Below, one piece after another: positions 19,999 through 28,985 of a DNA stretch of 64,000 nt; position 1 is the stretch's first letter, and each line of letters starts with the position of its first letter. Below the pieces are notes generated by a model that made no database searches, was not told where the DNA came from, and saw nothing but the letters and a program-made list of their open reading frames with translations. Both the position numbers and the translations under genes were made by a program. Source of the DNA: Nannocystales bacterium (GTDB taxonomy: Bacteria > Myxococcota_A > Polyangia > Nannocystales > Nannocystaceae); the NCBI GenBank assembly GCA_050633305.1, contig JBOEGF010000018.1, positions 800,001 through 864,000 of the forward strand, written 5' to 3'.

Positions 19999-20024
19999 GA
20001 CCGCGCGACAAAGACGGATTCCAA
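19999..20024 (-). promoter_or_regulatory. Putative ECF promoter, copy 1 (TTGGAAT-N15-GGTC), upstream of 18516-19988
   Basis: Minus strand ttggaat-ccgtctttgtcgcgc-ggtc, 10 nt before ATG 19988. Confidence 0.65.
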
Positions 20025-20034
20025 GTCTCTCCGA

Positions 20035-20060
20035 TTGGAATCATGGCGCCATGGTTGGTC
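20035..20060 (+). promoter_or_regulatory. Putative ECF promoter, copy 2 (TTGGAAT-N15-GGTC), upstream of 20070
   Basis: ttggaat-catggcgccatggtt-ggtc, 9 nt before ATG 20070. Confidence 0.65.
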
Positions 20061-20069
20061 CAAGTCTTG

Positions 20070-21014
20070 ATGCGAGTGTTGGCCGTCTGCGGAGTGGGTG
20101 TGTTCCTGGTTGTGGGATGTGGGACAAACACACCTGCGACGACCGACACTGAGGCCTCCGCTACGGGACTCACATCCGCGTCAAGGGGGGCGTCGTCAAG
20201 CGGCACAACGGAAGCGACCACCGTCGAGAGTGCGTCTGGCTCTTCGGGGAACGCTTCGTCTGGGTCCTCGGGAAGCGCGGGGACAGGGTCGGGAACGGTC
20301 GGCGCCAGCTCGTCCACTGGGGTGGCGCTGACCACCGACACCGCCAACGACCCCGGCAACCCGCTGGACTGTGGAGGCACGGTGTACGCGTGCGGCAACG
20401 GTGAGGACGACGATGGTGACGGGCTTGTCGACTTGGATGATCCGGAGTGCACCGGGCCCTGTGACGACGACGAAACGTCCTTCGCGACCGGGATCCCCGG
20501 CGACAACATGGACTGCAAGCAGGATTGCTTCTTCGATGGCAACAGCGGCCAAGGCGACGACGGCTGCATCTGGAACCTGCGGTGCGACCCTGAGAACCCC
20601 GGCGCTGAGATCGGGTGCGAGTACACCGGCGGCAGCAACTGCGAGAACGAGAGCCAGGCGAGCTGGGACGAAGAGTGCATCGACTTCTGCCTACCGTTCG
20701 TGCCACCGGGTTGTGACTGCTTCGGGTGTTGCACCGTTTCCACACCTGAAGGGGATGTGAACGTGTTCCTGAACTCGGACGAGGACGGAGAGTGCTCTCT
20801 GGAAAACCTTGGCGCGTGCCAGTCTTGCACGATCAACGATGATTGCGGCAACCCGTGTGATGGGGAGTGTGAGCTGTGCTTCGGGCAAGACGAGCTTCCG
20901 GCCGGATGCGAGGAGGCCGACTGCAAGTTTGGCGACGCGTGTGAAAACGTGTCCGACTGTCCCAGCGACTGGTACTGCCTACAAGGCTGCTGTCTCCCGC
21001 CGCCTCCGGGCTAG
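20070..21014 (+). CDS. Very Cys-rich acidic lipoprotein with Ser/Thr/Gly linker
   Basis: Lipobox VVGC; S/T/G spacer; CGNGEDDDGDGLVDLDDPEC Ca-binding-like loop; many Cys pairs. Confidence 0.75.
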   Translation: MRVLAVCGVGVFLVVGCGTNTPATTDTEASATGLTSASRGASSSGTTEATTVESASGSSGNASSGSSGSAGTGSGTVGASSSTGVALTTDTANDPGNPLDCGGTVYACGNGEDDDGDGLVDLDDPECTGPCDDDETSFATGIPGDNMDCKQDCFFDGNSGQGDDGCIWNLRCDPENPGAEIGCEYTGGSNCENESQASWDEECIDFCLPFVPPGCDCFGCCTVSTPEGDVNVFLNSDEDGECSLENLGACQSCTINDDCGNPCDGECELCFGQDELPAGCEEADCKFGDACENVSDCPSDWYCLQGCCLPPPPG

Positions 21015-21058
21015 CTGCTGTTTGCTCGTGGCCTCCAGTGTGAGAGGGTCGCGCACTG

Positions 21059-21886
21059 ATGAGCGCGGCATGGGTGCTGGCGCTGGCGCTGGCCGGCGCA
21101 CCACGAGTGACGGCCAGCGCGGAGGCACGGGTCGACGCGGACGCGGTTGCGGACGGGCTCGAAGCGCGGGTGGGGCGTGCGGCTGAGCCGTGGACCATCA
21201 CGTTGGAGGCCGCGCCGACGGGGATTCGTTTTCGGGCGACGGCTCCGGGGCGGGACCTCGTCGAGCAAACGGTCGACGTTCCAGAGGGCACAGCCGAAGA
21301 GCGCGCTATCGCAGTCGCGTCGGCGGTCGCCTTCGCGATCGAGCTCGCTCCCTCAACGGATGAGCCGGGGGGGGCGATGGGCTCGGGGCGGTCGGAAGTC
21401 GCCGCTCCGTGGATGGTGACGCTCGGCGCTCACGCTGCAGTGGGGGTTGTTTCACCCGGTAGCCCCTCTGGCGGGCTCGAACTCGGCGGTGGCCGCTGGC
21501 TGGGCGCGGAACGAAGAATCCGCGTCAGCGTGTCGCTCGGCTGGGGGCACGCGCGGCGGGGTGAGCTTGCTGTTCACGCGGTGCAACCCGCCGCCCAGCT
21601 CGATGTAGGTACGGTGGTGGGACAACGATGGTGGATTGGAGGTGGCGTCCGAATCGGAGCCAGCACGGCCTGGGCGCTCGACCGGGCGCGGGACCGGGGT
21701 TCCTCGCTGTACGGGCGGATCCCCGCCACCGTCGAGTTCCAGCTTGCCAAGCGATGGTTTGCGCGCGGGGTGGTGGGTCTCGACCTGCGGACGCCGGCTC
21801 TGCGGTTCCGGGGCGCGTCGGACCAGCTTCGGTGGGGCCGGGTACGGCCTGTGCTCGGCCTGGCCGTTGGCGCAGATCTCCCGTAG
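21059..21886 (+). CDS. Exported hypothetical protein, C-terminal beta-barrel-like region
   Basis: Signal peptide; alternating amphipathic beta-strands ending PVLGLAVGADLP; directly upstream of the ECF sigma gene. Confidence 0.6.
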   Translation: MSAAWVLALALAGAPRVTASAEARVDADAVADGLEARVGRAAEPWTITLEAAPTGIRFRATAPGRDLVEQTVDVPEGTAEERAIAVASAVAFAIELAPSTDEPGGAMGSGRSEVAAPWMVTLGAHAAVGVVSPGSPSGGLELGGGRWLGAERRIRVSVSLGWGHARRGELAVHAVQPAAQLDVGTVVGQRWWIGGGVRIGASTAWALDRARDRGSSLYGRIPATVEFQLAKRWFARGVVGLDLRTPALRFRGASDQLRWGRVRPVLGLAVGADLP

Positions 21887-21891
21887 CGAAG

Positions 21892-21917
21892 TTGGAATTC
21901 TCCGTTGGGAGCCGGTC
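21892..21917 (+). promoter_or_regulatory. Putative ECF promoter, copy 3 (autoregulatory), upstream of the ECF sigma gene
   Basis: ttggaat-tctccgttgggagcc-ggtc, followed by in-frame GTG 21930 and ATG 21954. Confidence 0.65.
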
Positions 21918-21953
21918 GTACCTAGGACCGTGTCCGGTACTGTGACATGGCCG

Positions 21954-22514
21954 ATGTCGGCCACACTCGATGCTGATCCAATTGCGCTCCTCGCCGCGGT
22001 CCGGCGGGGGGACGCGGCGGCGCAGGCGGCGTTCTTTGAGCAGCATAAGGACGCGGTGGCTCGGCAGGTCATGCGCATGACCGGAGACGCGGGGTGGGTC
22101 GACGACCTGGTGCAGGAGGTGTTTATCTCCGCCTTCTCGCGGCTTGGGTCGTTCAGAGGGGATGCTGCGGTTGGAACCTGGTTGCACCGAATCACGGTCA
22201 ACAAGGTCCGGAACGCCTGGGACTCTCGGCGGCGGCGGCTCGCCCGTGAATCGGAGGCTGTCCGGCCAGACGTGTCCGAGCACGATGCTCCGGACGATGA
22301 GGTCGCGGCCGCAGAGCAGCTCCGGACGTTCTACGCGGCGCTCGGCGGGCTCTCCGCGAAGTATCGAGATGCGTTCGTCTGCCGCGTGATCGAGGAACTC
22401 TCGCTCGAGGACACGAGCGCGGCGCTTGGCGTTCCGATCAGCACCGTCTCCTATCGCGCGCGTCGGGCCGAAGCGTTGCTGGCCGAAGCGCTCGGGATGG
22501 AGGGATCGAGGTGA
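21954..22514 (+). CDS. ECF (sigma70 group 4) RNA polymerase sigma factor
   Basis: DDLVQEVF, FRGDAAVGTWLHRITVN, and region 4.2 LGVPISTVSYRARRA. Alternative GTG start at 21930. Confidence 0.92.
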   Translation: MSATLDADPIALLAAVRRGDAAAQAAFFEQHKDAVARQVMRMTGDAGWVDDLVQEVFISAFSRLGSFRGDAAVGTWLHRITVNKVRNAWDSRRRRLARESEAVRPDVSEHDAPDDEVAAAEQLRTFYAALGGLSAKYRDAFVCRVIEELSLEDTSAALGVPISTVSYRARRAEALLAEALGMEGSR

Positions 22515-23416
22515 ACCAACCGTTGCCGCGTGACCCTCGGCTCGCCGCGATGATCCGTGCGGCCCGCGAACAGCCGGCCCCGGCCGTGACGGTGACGGTC
22601 GAGGACATCCGAGCGGAGGCTTCCGGCAGGACATCGATGCGGTGGTGGGGAGGGCTCGCTGCCGCAGCGGTCGTTGCGCTCTCGCTGTGGGCGTTTCGGA
22701 GTGGTGGGGAGGAGACGCCGGCGCCTGCATCCGTCGCGGCGGTGGACGGGTCGGTCGTGGAACCTCCGGTGCAGCCGCGAGCCGCAGCCGCGGACGTGGG
22801 AACGAGTGGTCCGAGGATGGCGGCATCGCTCAGCATTGAGCCGCTCCAGGGCGCGGAGGAAGCGAGGTGGGCGGAAGGGAAGGCCGTGTCGGTGGACGAC
22901 GGTCGATATCGGATTCGAACAACCGAGGCCACGACGGTGTCGGTCGCGGGCCGGGTCCTGGAAGTCGCGGCTGCCAGCCTTGTCGTCGTGGAGGCTGGGG
23001 TGGAGCACAGCTCGTTTCGGGTCGTGAAGGGCCACGCTGCCTGGGTCGAGCCCGAGCCCGAGCCCGAGCTCAGGCCGGATGCCGAACCCGAGTCGCCGGC
23101 GCGTCGACCAGGGGCCAAGCAACTCGCCAGCAGAGCCGAGGCCGCCCTGGTTTCGGGGCGCCGCGAGGAGGCGGTCCGGCTGCTTCGGCAGCTCGTGAAG
23201 GGATACCCGACGGGGGCGGCGACCAAGGCGGGCCTCATCGACCTGGCGCGACTCGAGCAGCGGCTTGGTCGCCCGGACCGGGCCCACTGCGCCTACGCCA
23301 TGTTCGTGAAGCGCTTCCCGACCGATACTCGAACTCCAACGGTTCGGCGCGCGGACGATGCCTTGGGCCAGGCCCCTCGTTGCCGTGGGTTGCGGCCCAT
23401 CGCGAAGTCCGACTGA
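22511..23416 (+). CDS. Putative anti-sigma factor: TM, degenerate FecR-like beta region, C-terminal TPR
   Basis: GTGA overlap with the sigma stop; single TM; TPR-like helices AEAALVSGRREEAVRLLRQLVKGYP. Confidence 0.7.
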   Translation: MNQPLPRDPRLAAMIRAAREQPAPAVTVTVEDIRAEASGRTSMRWWGGLAAAAVVALSLWAFRSGGEETPAPASVAAVDGSVVEPPVQPRAAAADVGTSGPRMAASLSIEPLQGAEEARWAEGKAVSVDDGRYRIRTTEATTVSVAGRVLEVAAASLVVVEAGVEHSSFRVVKGHAAWVEPEPEPELRPDAEPESPARRPGAKQLASRAEAALVSGRREEAVRLLRQLVKGYPTGAATKAGLIDLARLEQRLGRPDRAHCAYAMFVKRFPTDTRTPTVRRADDALGQAPRCRGLRPIAKSD

Positions 23417-23483
23417 ACTCCCGCCGCGCACAACCTGCTGGGCCCCCTTTCAAGTCGAGCCCAAGGGCGCTATTCCACCGCCC

Positions 23484-24548
23484 GTGCACCGTCTTGTGTT
23501 CGTCTTGTCGGCCCTCGCTCTTGTGACCTCGTGCGCGCGGACGCCCGAGCCCGCGCCCGTCGAGCCCGAAGCCGAGTCGTCGGTCGCCGCGCCGGTGTCT
23601 CCTGCACCGGCCGAGGCTGTGCCCGACCCTGAACCTGAACGTGAACCCGAGCCTGAACCCGCACCTGCACCGCCCCCGGTTCCCTCGCTCTCCGACGGAA
23701 CCACGATCGCAGGATGCGACGCGAGCGTGGCGAACATGGCCTGCGTCCCCGGCGGCTCGTTCATCGTCGGCTCCGACGACGGCCCGGAGAACGCACGGCC
23801 CGCGCACCCCGTTGAGTTGCAGACGTTCTATATGGACCTCTTCGAGGTCACGTACAAGGAGTACAAGGACTGCTTCAAGTCCGGGAAGTGCCCCAAGGGG
23901 GGCCCGTTCTACATGGACTTCAACCGCAAGCATCAACCCATCGCCGGGGTGACGTGGTTTGGGGCGCGGACCTATTGCGAGGTCATGGGCAAAGCTCTGC
24001 CGACCGAGGCTCAGTGGGAGGCCGCGGCCCGAGGACCACAGGGGGAGACGTATCCGTGGGGGAACGAGCCTGCCACCTGTGCAAACTCGGTCATCAAGGA
24101 TGGGCGCGGCCGAAGTTGTGGCGTGGAGAAGCGGGGCACCGAGGGGTGGAAAGGGCGACCGTTCATCGTCGGCGCGCGAGACCCCGGCCGCTACGGCCTG
24201 TACGACATGGCTGGAAACAACTGGGAGTACGTGGCCGACTGGATGTCGACGGACTACGCCGAGTGTGGCGAGGCGTGCTTGGGCGTCAACCCCACCGGAC
24301 CCTGTGACGGCGATGATGCCTGTGAGGGACATGGCGAGAAGATCGTCAAGGGCGGGTCGTGGTACTGGTCTGCCAGCAAGGCGGTCGGCTACTACCGCCG
24401 CCCTCAGCCGCCCAACAACCGGCCGTTTCATCACTTCGGGTTTCGTTGTGCTGCGAGCGTCGAGCAGGCCACTGCGCTCGACGGCAAGCCGCTTCCCGAC
24501 AACGCGCCCATCCAGGGCATGAGCAACGCCGACGCAAAACGCCGCTAG
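23484..24548 (+). CDS. Formylglycine-generating-enzyme (SUMF1/FGE-sulfatase) domain lipoprotein
   Basis: Lipobox LVTSC; VPGGSFIVGS, LPTEAQWEAAARG, YGLYDMAGNNWEY, KGGSW, GFRCA. Confidence 0.88.
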   Translation: MHRLVFVLSALALVTSCARTPEPAPVEPEAESSVAAPVSPAPAEAVPDPEPEREPEPEPAPAPPPVPSLSDGTTIAGCDASVANMACVPGGSFIVGSDDGPENARPAHPVELQTFYMDLFEVTYKEYKDCFKSGKCPKGGPFYMDFNRKHQPIAGVTWFGARTYCEVMGKALPTEAQWEAAARGPQGETYPWGNEPATCANSVIKDGRGRSCGVEKRGTEGWKGRPFIVGARDPGRYGLYDMAGNNWEYVADWMSTDYAECGEACLGVNPTGPCDGDDACEGHGEKIVKGGSWYWSASKAVGYYRRPQPPNNRPFHHFGFRCAASVEQATALDGKPLPDNAPIQGMSNADAKRR

Positions 24549-25687
24549 GGCGGGGGCGGCTGGTCGTGACGCCAGTGGTTGATCTGGTCGGACTTGGTTG
24601 GCGGGTGCCCCACGAGAACGTCGCGCACCCGGGTGACGCCGTCCGCCTTGAGCCAGGCCCGGTACTGCTCCAACGGCTGCACGATGTACATGTAGTCGCG
24701 GTTGATCTTCCAGGTGAGCCGGGTCCGAAGCAGCACCGAGGTCTCGTCCCCGTACAGTGTCTCGACATTGCGAACGAACTGAGGGTCGTAGGCGTCCCAG
24801 TACTCTTCGGCGTTGGAGACGTACAGCACCCGAACGGGCACCTGAAGCTCCGTAGCAGCGGCGCTTAGTCCCGCAATTCCCTCCTCGGCGTTGAGGTTGA
24901 TCAGCAGGGGACGGACGCGGTCATTGCGGAGCATCGCTTTGACGTAGTCGAACGTCTCTTGGTCGGTGAGGTACGTCGGAACGTCGACGCCCTTGAGCCG
25001 CTTGTTGAGGGTCCGGAGCCGGTAGCGAAAGTACCGGCGTTGGCGACGAAGCAGGCCCTTGAGGCTGCGGGCTTTCTTTCCGTCGTACATCGCATCGATG
25101 GCCTCGTTTGCGCGTTCGAGGTTTTCCGGCTCGAACATCGCAATGAACTCCTTGGGCGTCTGCGCTGCCGCAAAGACCGCCTTGTACATGGCGTGGGTTC
25201 GGAGGACGGCGCTGTCGTAGTCGATCAGCCAGGCGAGGTGGGGACGTTGCCAGCCCATGAACAGGTAGGCCTGGTCGGGCCCGACGCCAACGTAGCCGCC
25301 GCCGAGGTCCTTGATGTCTTCGTAGAAGGCCCACAGCGCCCACTCGTTTCCGATCGTGTAGTGGACGTCCTCAAGCTCCTTCACGATGCCACCCCGGACC
25401 TCTGGCGTGGTGTCCTCCGCCGAAGACCAGAACGTCGCGCGCTCCGCCTCGCTCAAGGGTGGCACGGTGTCGGCTGTCCAGACCTCCTTTGCCATCGAAA
25501 CCGGAGCGGCGGGCTCGGGCTCGGGCTCGGGCTCGGGGGGCGGGGCCGGATCGGCAGCGGGCCCGGGAGTCGGCGCAGGGGGGGGCGACGCCTCCGCGGG
25601 CGGCTCGGGCTCGGGCGGGGTCGTGGGTGCCGGGCGGCATCCGAGGGCCGATACGGTGGCGAGGGCCAAGAGGACGCGCGCGTTCAT
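24545..25687 (-). CDS. Hypothetical lipoprotein with Pro-rich linker and alpha/beta enzyme-like domain
   Basis: Lipobox ALGC; motifs GNE, GGGYVGVGPDQ, WLIDYD, LYVSNAEEY. Confidence 0.7.
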   Translation of the reverse strand: MNARVLLALATVSALGCRPAPTTPPEPEPPAEASPPPAPTPGPAADPAPPPEPEPEPEPAAPVSMAKEVWTADTVPPLSEAERATFWSSAEDTTPEVRGGIVKELEDVHYTIGNEWALWAFYEDIKDLGGGYVGVGPDQAYLFMGWQRPHLAWLIDYDSAVLRTHAMYKAVFAAAQTPKEFIAMFEPENLERANEAIDAMYDGKKARSLKGLLRRQRRYFRYRLRTLNKRLKGVDVPTYLTDQETFDYVKAMLRNDRVRPLLINLNAEEGIAGLSAAATELQVPVRVLYVSNAEEYWDAYDPQFVRNVETLYGDETSVLLRTRLTWKINRDYMYIVQPLEQYRAWLKADGVTRVRDVLVGHPPTKSDQINHWRHDQPPPP

Positions 25688-25749
25688 CGTCGGGGCAAGG
25701 ATGCCAAACGCTCGCCGACGTGTGGGCTGGTATCGTGGAACGGTCCGCG

Positions 25750-27495
25750 ATGCCCGAAACAGCCGCCGCCGTCCAGATCGCCAACCTCATCCACGACGGC
25801 TTCGACACGTTCTACAGCGAGTTCAAGCGCCTGACCCGGGAGTGCCGCCAGTGGTTCGACAATCGGGAGTGGATCCGGATGCACGAGGAAAGCCACGCGC
25901 GTATCGACCTCTACCAGCGGTTCGTCCGTCGGACCCTCGACGCGCTGGAGCGCGAGTTTGGGGAGATCCCCCGGGACCGCAACGTGTGGCGGGGAGCGCA
26001 TCGGCATTTCGCGGTCGCAACGGCGCAGCGGCCTGACCAAGAGGTGGCCGAGACGTTCTTCAACGCGATCTCGCGCAAGACATTTCGAACTGTTGGCGTC
26101 AACAAGGACATCGAGTTCCTCGAGAATCACTTTTACGAAGAGCCCTCCGGACCGCCGCTCCACCGCCGCTTGCCGCCGACGACCGACTTGGCTGGGTTGT
26201 TTCGCCGGGTGTTGAGCACGCCCCGGCCGGCGCTCGGGTGGGCCGACCGGGACGCCGATGCGGAGTATCTCGCCGCGCGGCTTGCCGAGCATCTTCATGC
26301 GACCTGGGGCGAGACGAGCTTCGATCGGGTTGACGTCCTTCCGGTGCTCTTCTTCCGGGTTCGCGAGGCGTACATCGTGGGTCGCGTGATTCGGGGGGGG
26401 CATGTCGTGCCGATGGTGCTCCCGCTGCAGTCGACACCACAGGGTGTTGTGGTTGACGGGGCGATCTTCTCGCTGGAGGAGACGCTCGCCGTCTTCAGCA
26501 GCACGCGCGCCTACATGTTCGTCGATGTGCATCGACCGAGTGATCTCGTTCGTTTCCTCGGCACACTGATGCCGAAGCTGTCCCTCTCGGAGCTGTATGT
26601 CGCGATCGCCCACCACCGGCACGGCAAGACGTTGATCCATCGCGAACTCGTCGAGCACCTGGCGCACAGTGACGACAAGTTCATCATCGCGCCCGGCATC
26701 CGAGGGTTGGTGATGACCGTGTTCACGATGCCCAACTACGGGAACGTGTTCAAAATCATCCGCGACAAGTTCGAGAAACCGGACGCCACGCGTTCGGCGA
26801 TCATGCAGTCGTATCGGGATGTTTTTCGCGGGCGGCGAGTTGGACGGCTGGCCGATACCCAGGAGTTCGAACACCTGGAGTTCGATCGGGCTCGTTTCAC
26901 GGAGTCTTGCCTTCGTGAGCTGCTCGAGAAGGCCTCCAACACGGTCCGTGTGGTCGGCGACAAGGTCGTCGTCTCACATCTGTACATCGAGGAGAAACTC
27001 ACGCCTCTGAACATCTTCCTCGAGGAGGCTCCGCCGAAGAAGGCCGCCGCGGCCATCGTGGACTACGGGGAGGCGATCAAGGAGTTGGCCGCCAACAACA
27101 TTTTTGCCGGGGACCTGCTGTGGAAGAACTTCGGCGTGAGCGAGTACGGCCGCGCGGTCCTCTACGACTATGACGAAATCGCCCCGCTGCTCTCCTGCAA
27201 CTTTCGCGAGGTCCCAACCCCCAAGACCCATGAGCAAGAGATGGCGGCCAGCCCCTGGTACCCGATCGCCCCGGAGGACGTGTTTCCTCAGGAGTGGGCT
27301 CCGTTCATCGTTCCTCGCGATCCTGGCCTGTCACAGGCTTTCCGAAAGGCACACGCCAATCTTCTGACGGCCGAGCTGTGGCGGGCAAAACAGAGGGCGG
27401 TACTCGACGGCGAACTCGAGGTTGGGTTGCCCTACCGGCCGCGGTACCCAGCCCTCCATGACGCACCGGCCGGGGCGCCGCGTCCGCCCGAGTGA
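25750..27495 (+). CDS. aceK: Bifunctional isocitrate dehydrogenase kinase/phosphatase
   Basis: AETFFN, APGIRGLVMTVF, VFKIIRDKF, GRLADTQEF, IFAGDLLWKNFGV, YDYDEI. Confidence 0.93.
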   Translation: MPETAAAVQIANLIHDGFDTFYSEFKRLTRECRQWFDNREWIRMHEESHARIDLYQRFVRRTLDALEREFGEIPRDRNVWRGAHRHFAVATAQRPDQEVAETFFNAISRKTFRTVGVNKDIEFLENHFYEEPSGPPLHRRLPPTTDLAGLFRRVLSTPRPALGWADRDADAEYLAARLAEHLHATWGETSFDRVDVLPVLFFRVREAYIVGRVIRGGHVVPMVLPLQSTPQGVVVDGAIFSLEETLAVFSSTRAYMFVDVHRPSDLVRFLGTLMPKLSLSELYVAIAHHRHGKTLIHRELVEHLAHSDDKFIIAPGIRGLVMTVFTMPNYGNVFKIIRDKFEKPDATRSAIMQSYRDVFRGRRVGRLADTQEFEHLEFDRARFTESCLRELLEKASNTVRVVGDKVVVSHLYIEEKLTPLNIFLEEAPPKKAAAAIVDYGEAIKELAANNIFAGDLLWKNFGVSEYGRAVLYDYDEIAPLLSCNFREVPTPKTHEQEMAASPWYPIAPEDVFPQEWAPFIVPRDPGLSQAFRKAHANLLTAELWRAKQRAVLDGELEVGLPYRPRYPALHDAPAGAPRPPE

Positions 27496-27559
27496 CATCG
27501 TGCTGACATCCGTTGCATCCCGCTTCGTGACGGACTATGCACGCTCGAACGCAGTCGTC

Positions 27560-28978
27560 ATGGAAGCTCTACTCCGCGTCATCAGCGGCCCCAATGTTGG
27601 GGCGTGCTTCGTGCTCGAAGAACGCACGAGGGTGGGTCGTGCCGCGGACGCGGACATCCAACTCGATGAGCCGTACGTCTCCCGGCACCACGCCCGCGTC
27701 CGTCGGCAACCGGACGGAAGCTTCGAACTCTGCGACCTCGGTAGCACGGCGGGGACGACCGTCAACGGAGCACCCGTCTCCAAGAAGACCCTTCAGCCCG
27801 ACGACGTGATCGCGATCGGTCGTAGCCGGTTCTCGTTCGAGATGGGTGCCGAGACCTCCACCGCGGCGAGCTTCTCCAAGAAGGAGCGAGGGTTCGCGAC
27901 CCTTCGCCCGACCGTGCCGATGCCCGTGGTTCCGACCGCGTCGTCACCGAAGCCAGCGTCGACACCCGTCAAGCGGAAGCGGCGTCCGACGACGCAGCGA
28001 CGCATCCCGGCGATGCGCGACGCTCAACCCGTTGTTCAACGGCCGAAGCGACCCCGCAGTGAGACGGCCGAGAACCTGCTTGATGACATCCTCGGTCCCC
28101 AGACCGATGTCGTGGTGATGCGGCTGCAGGGCGCGGCCAACGAGGACAGCGGACCGAAGGTCGCCGCGTCGAAGGTCGAGCCTGAGCCTGCAACGTCCCA
28201 GGCCGCGACGCCCAACGCAGCAACGCACAACGCAGCAACGCCAGAGACTGCGAAGCCAGATGCGGCAGAGCGCGAGACTGTGAAGCGCGAGACTGCGAAG
28301 CCCGAGGCGAAGAAGCCTGGGCCGAGCGTCGCCCCGTCGGTGGGCATCGTGACTCCGCCACGGCCACGGGTGCAGCCTGTTGCGCCCGTCGAACGAGTCA
28401 AGGTGCAGATGCCACCGGGACCTCGTACGCAGCCCATCGGCGTACCGCGCGGTGTCCAGCTGACGGAGTCTGGAGCCCTCGTCACGGACTGCAACCCGGA
28501 GGAGCGGGAAGCCGCGCTCTCGACCCTCCGAGACGTGCTCGACTACCGCGCGCTTCGTCTCGATGGATTGCGTGGTCGTTCGATGGACGCCCGCGCAAAG
28601 GCTCGGTACGCCCAGCTGACGACCCGCTTGTTGGTCGAGACCCACGGACTGCCCTCCTCTCGCCGCTTCGTTCGCGAGCCATGCCCGTTGCCCGCGACCC
28701 TGACCCAGCGAGACGGCGCGCTGTCGCGGACGCTCGAGGTTCGTCTCGACGACCTGAGCGCGGGCGGAACTCGACTGTCGATGTTCGACCCTTCGGTACG
28801 GGTCGGGGACGAAGTCTGGGTCGCTTTCGATCTGGCGGCGCTGTTCTCGTTCGGGCAGAAGGTCGTATTCCGAAGCCGGGTCGTGTGGACCAGCGGACGC
28901 ATCGGCGCGACGGGTCTCATGTTCGGCGGCAACGCGCGCTTCGTCGACACTGTCGAGGCGGCCATTGCAACGGGTTGA
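27560..28978 (+). CDS. FHA - disordered linker - PilZ domain protein
   Basis: FHA VGR...VSRHHA...DLGSTAGT; PilZ RRFVR (RxxxR) and DLSAGG (DxSxxG). Confidence 0.8.
   Translation: MEALLRVISGPNVGACFVLEERTRVGRAADADIQLDEPYVSRHHARVRRQPDGSFELCDLGSTAGTTVNGAPVSKKTLQPDDVIAIGRSRFSFEMGAETSTAASFSKKERGFATLRPTVPMPVVPTASSPKPASTPVKRKRRPTTQRRIPAMRDAQPVVQRPKRPRSETAENLLDDILGPQTDVVVMRLQGAANEDSGPKVAASKVEPEPATSQAATPNAATHNAATPETAKPDAAERETVKRETAKPEAKKPGPSVAPSVGIVTPPRPRVQPVAPVERVKVQMPPGPRTQPIGVPRGVQLTESGALVTDCNPEEREAALSTLRDVLDYRALRLDGLRGRSMDARAKARYAQLTTRLLVETHGLPSSRRFVREPCPLPATLTQRDGALSRTLEVRLDDLSAGGTRLSMFDPSVRVGDEVWVAFDLAALFSFGQKVVFRSRVVWTSGRIGATGLMFGGNARFVDTVEAAIATG
28196..28315 (+). repeat. Eight degenerate 15-bp units encoding pentapeptides
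   Basis: SQAAT PNAAT HNAAT PETAK PDAAE RETVK RETAK PEAKK. Confidence 0.75.
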
Positions 28979-28985
28979 TGTGCCG

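Noticed and set aside
23484..24548. FGE/C-type-lectin-fold gene as a diversity-generating retroelement target
   Set aside because: No reverse transcriptase and no template/variable repeat pair seen in the window.
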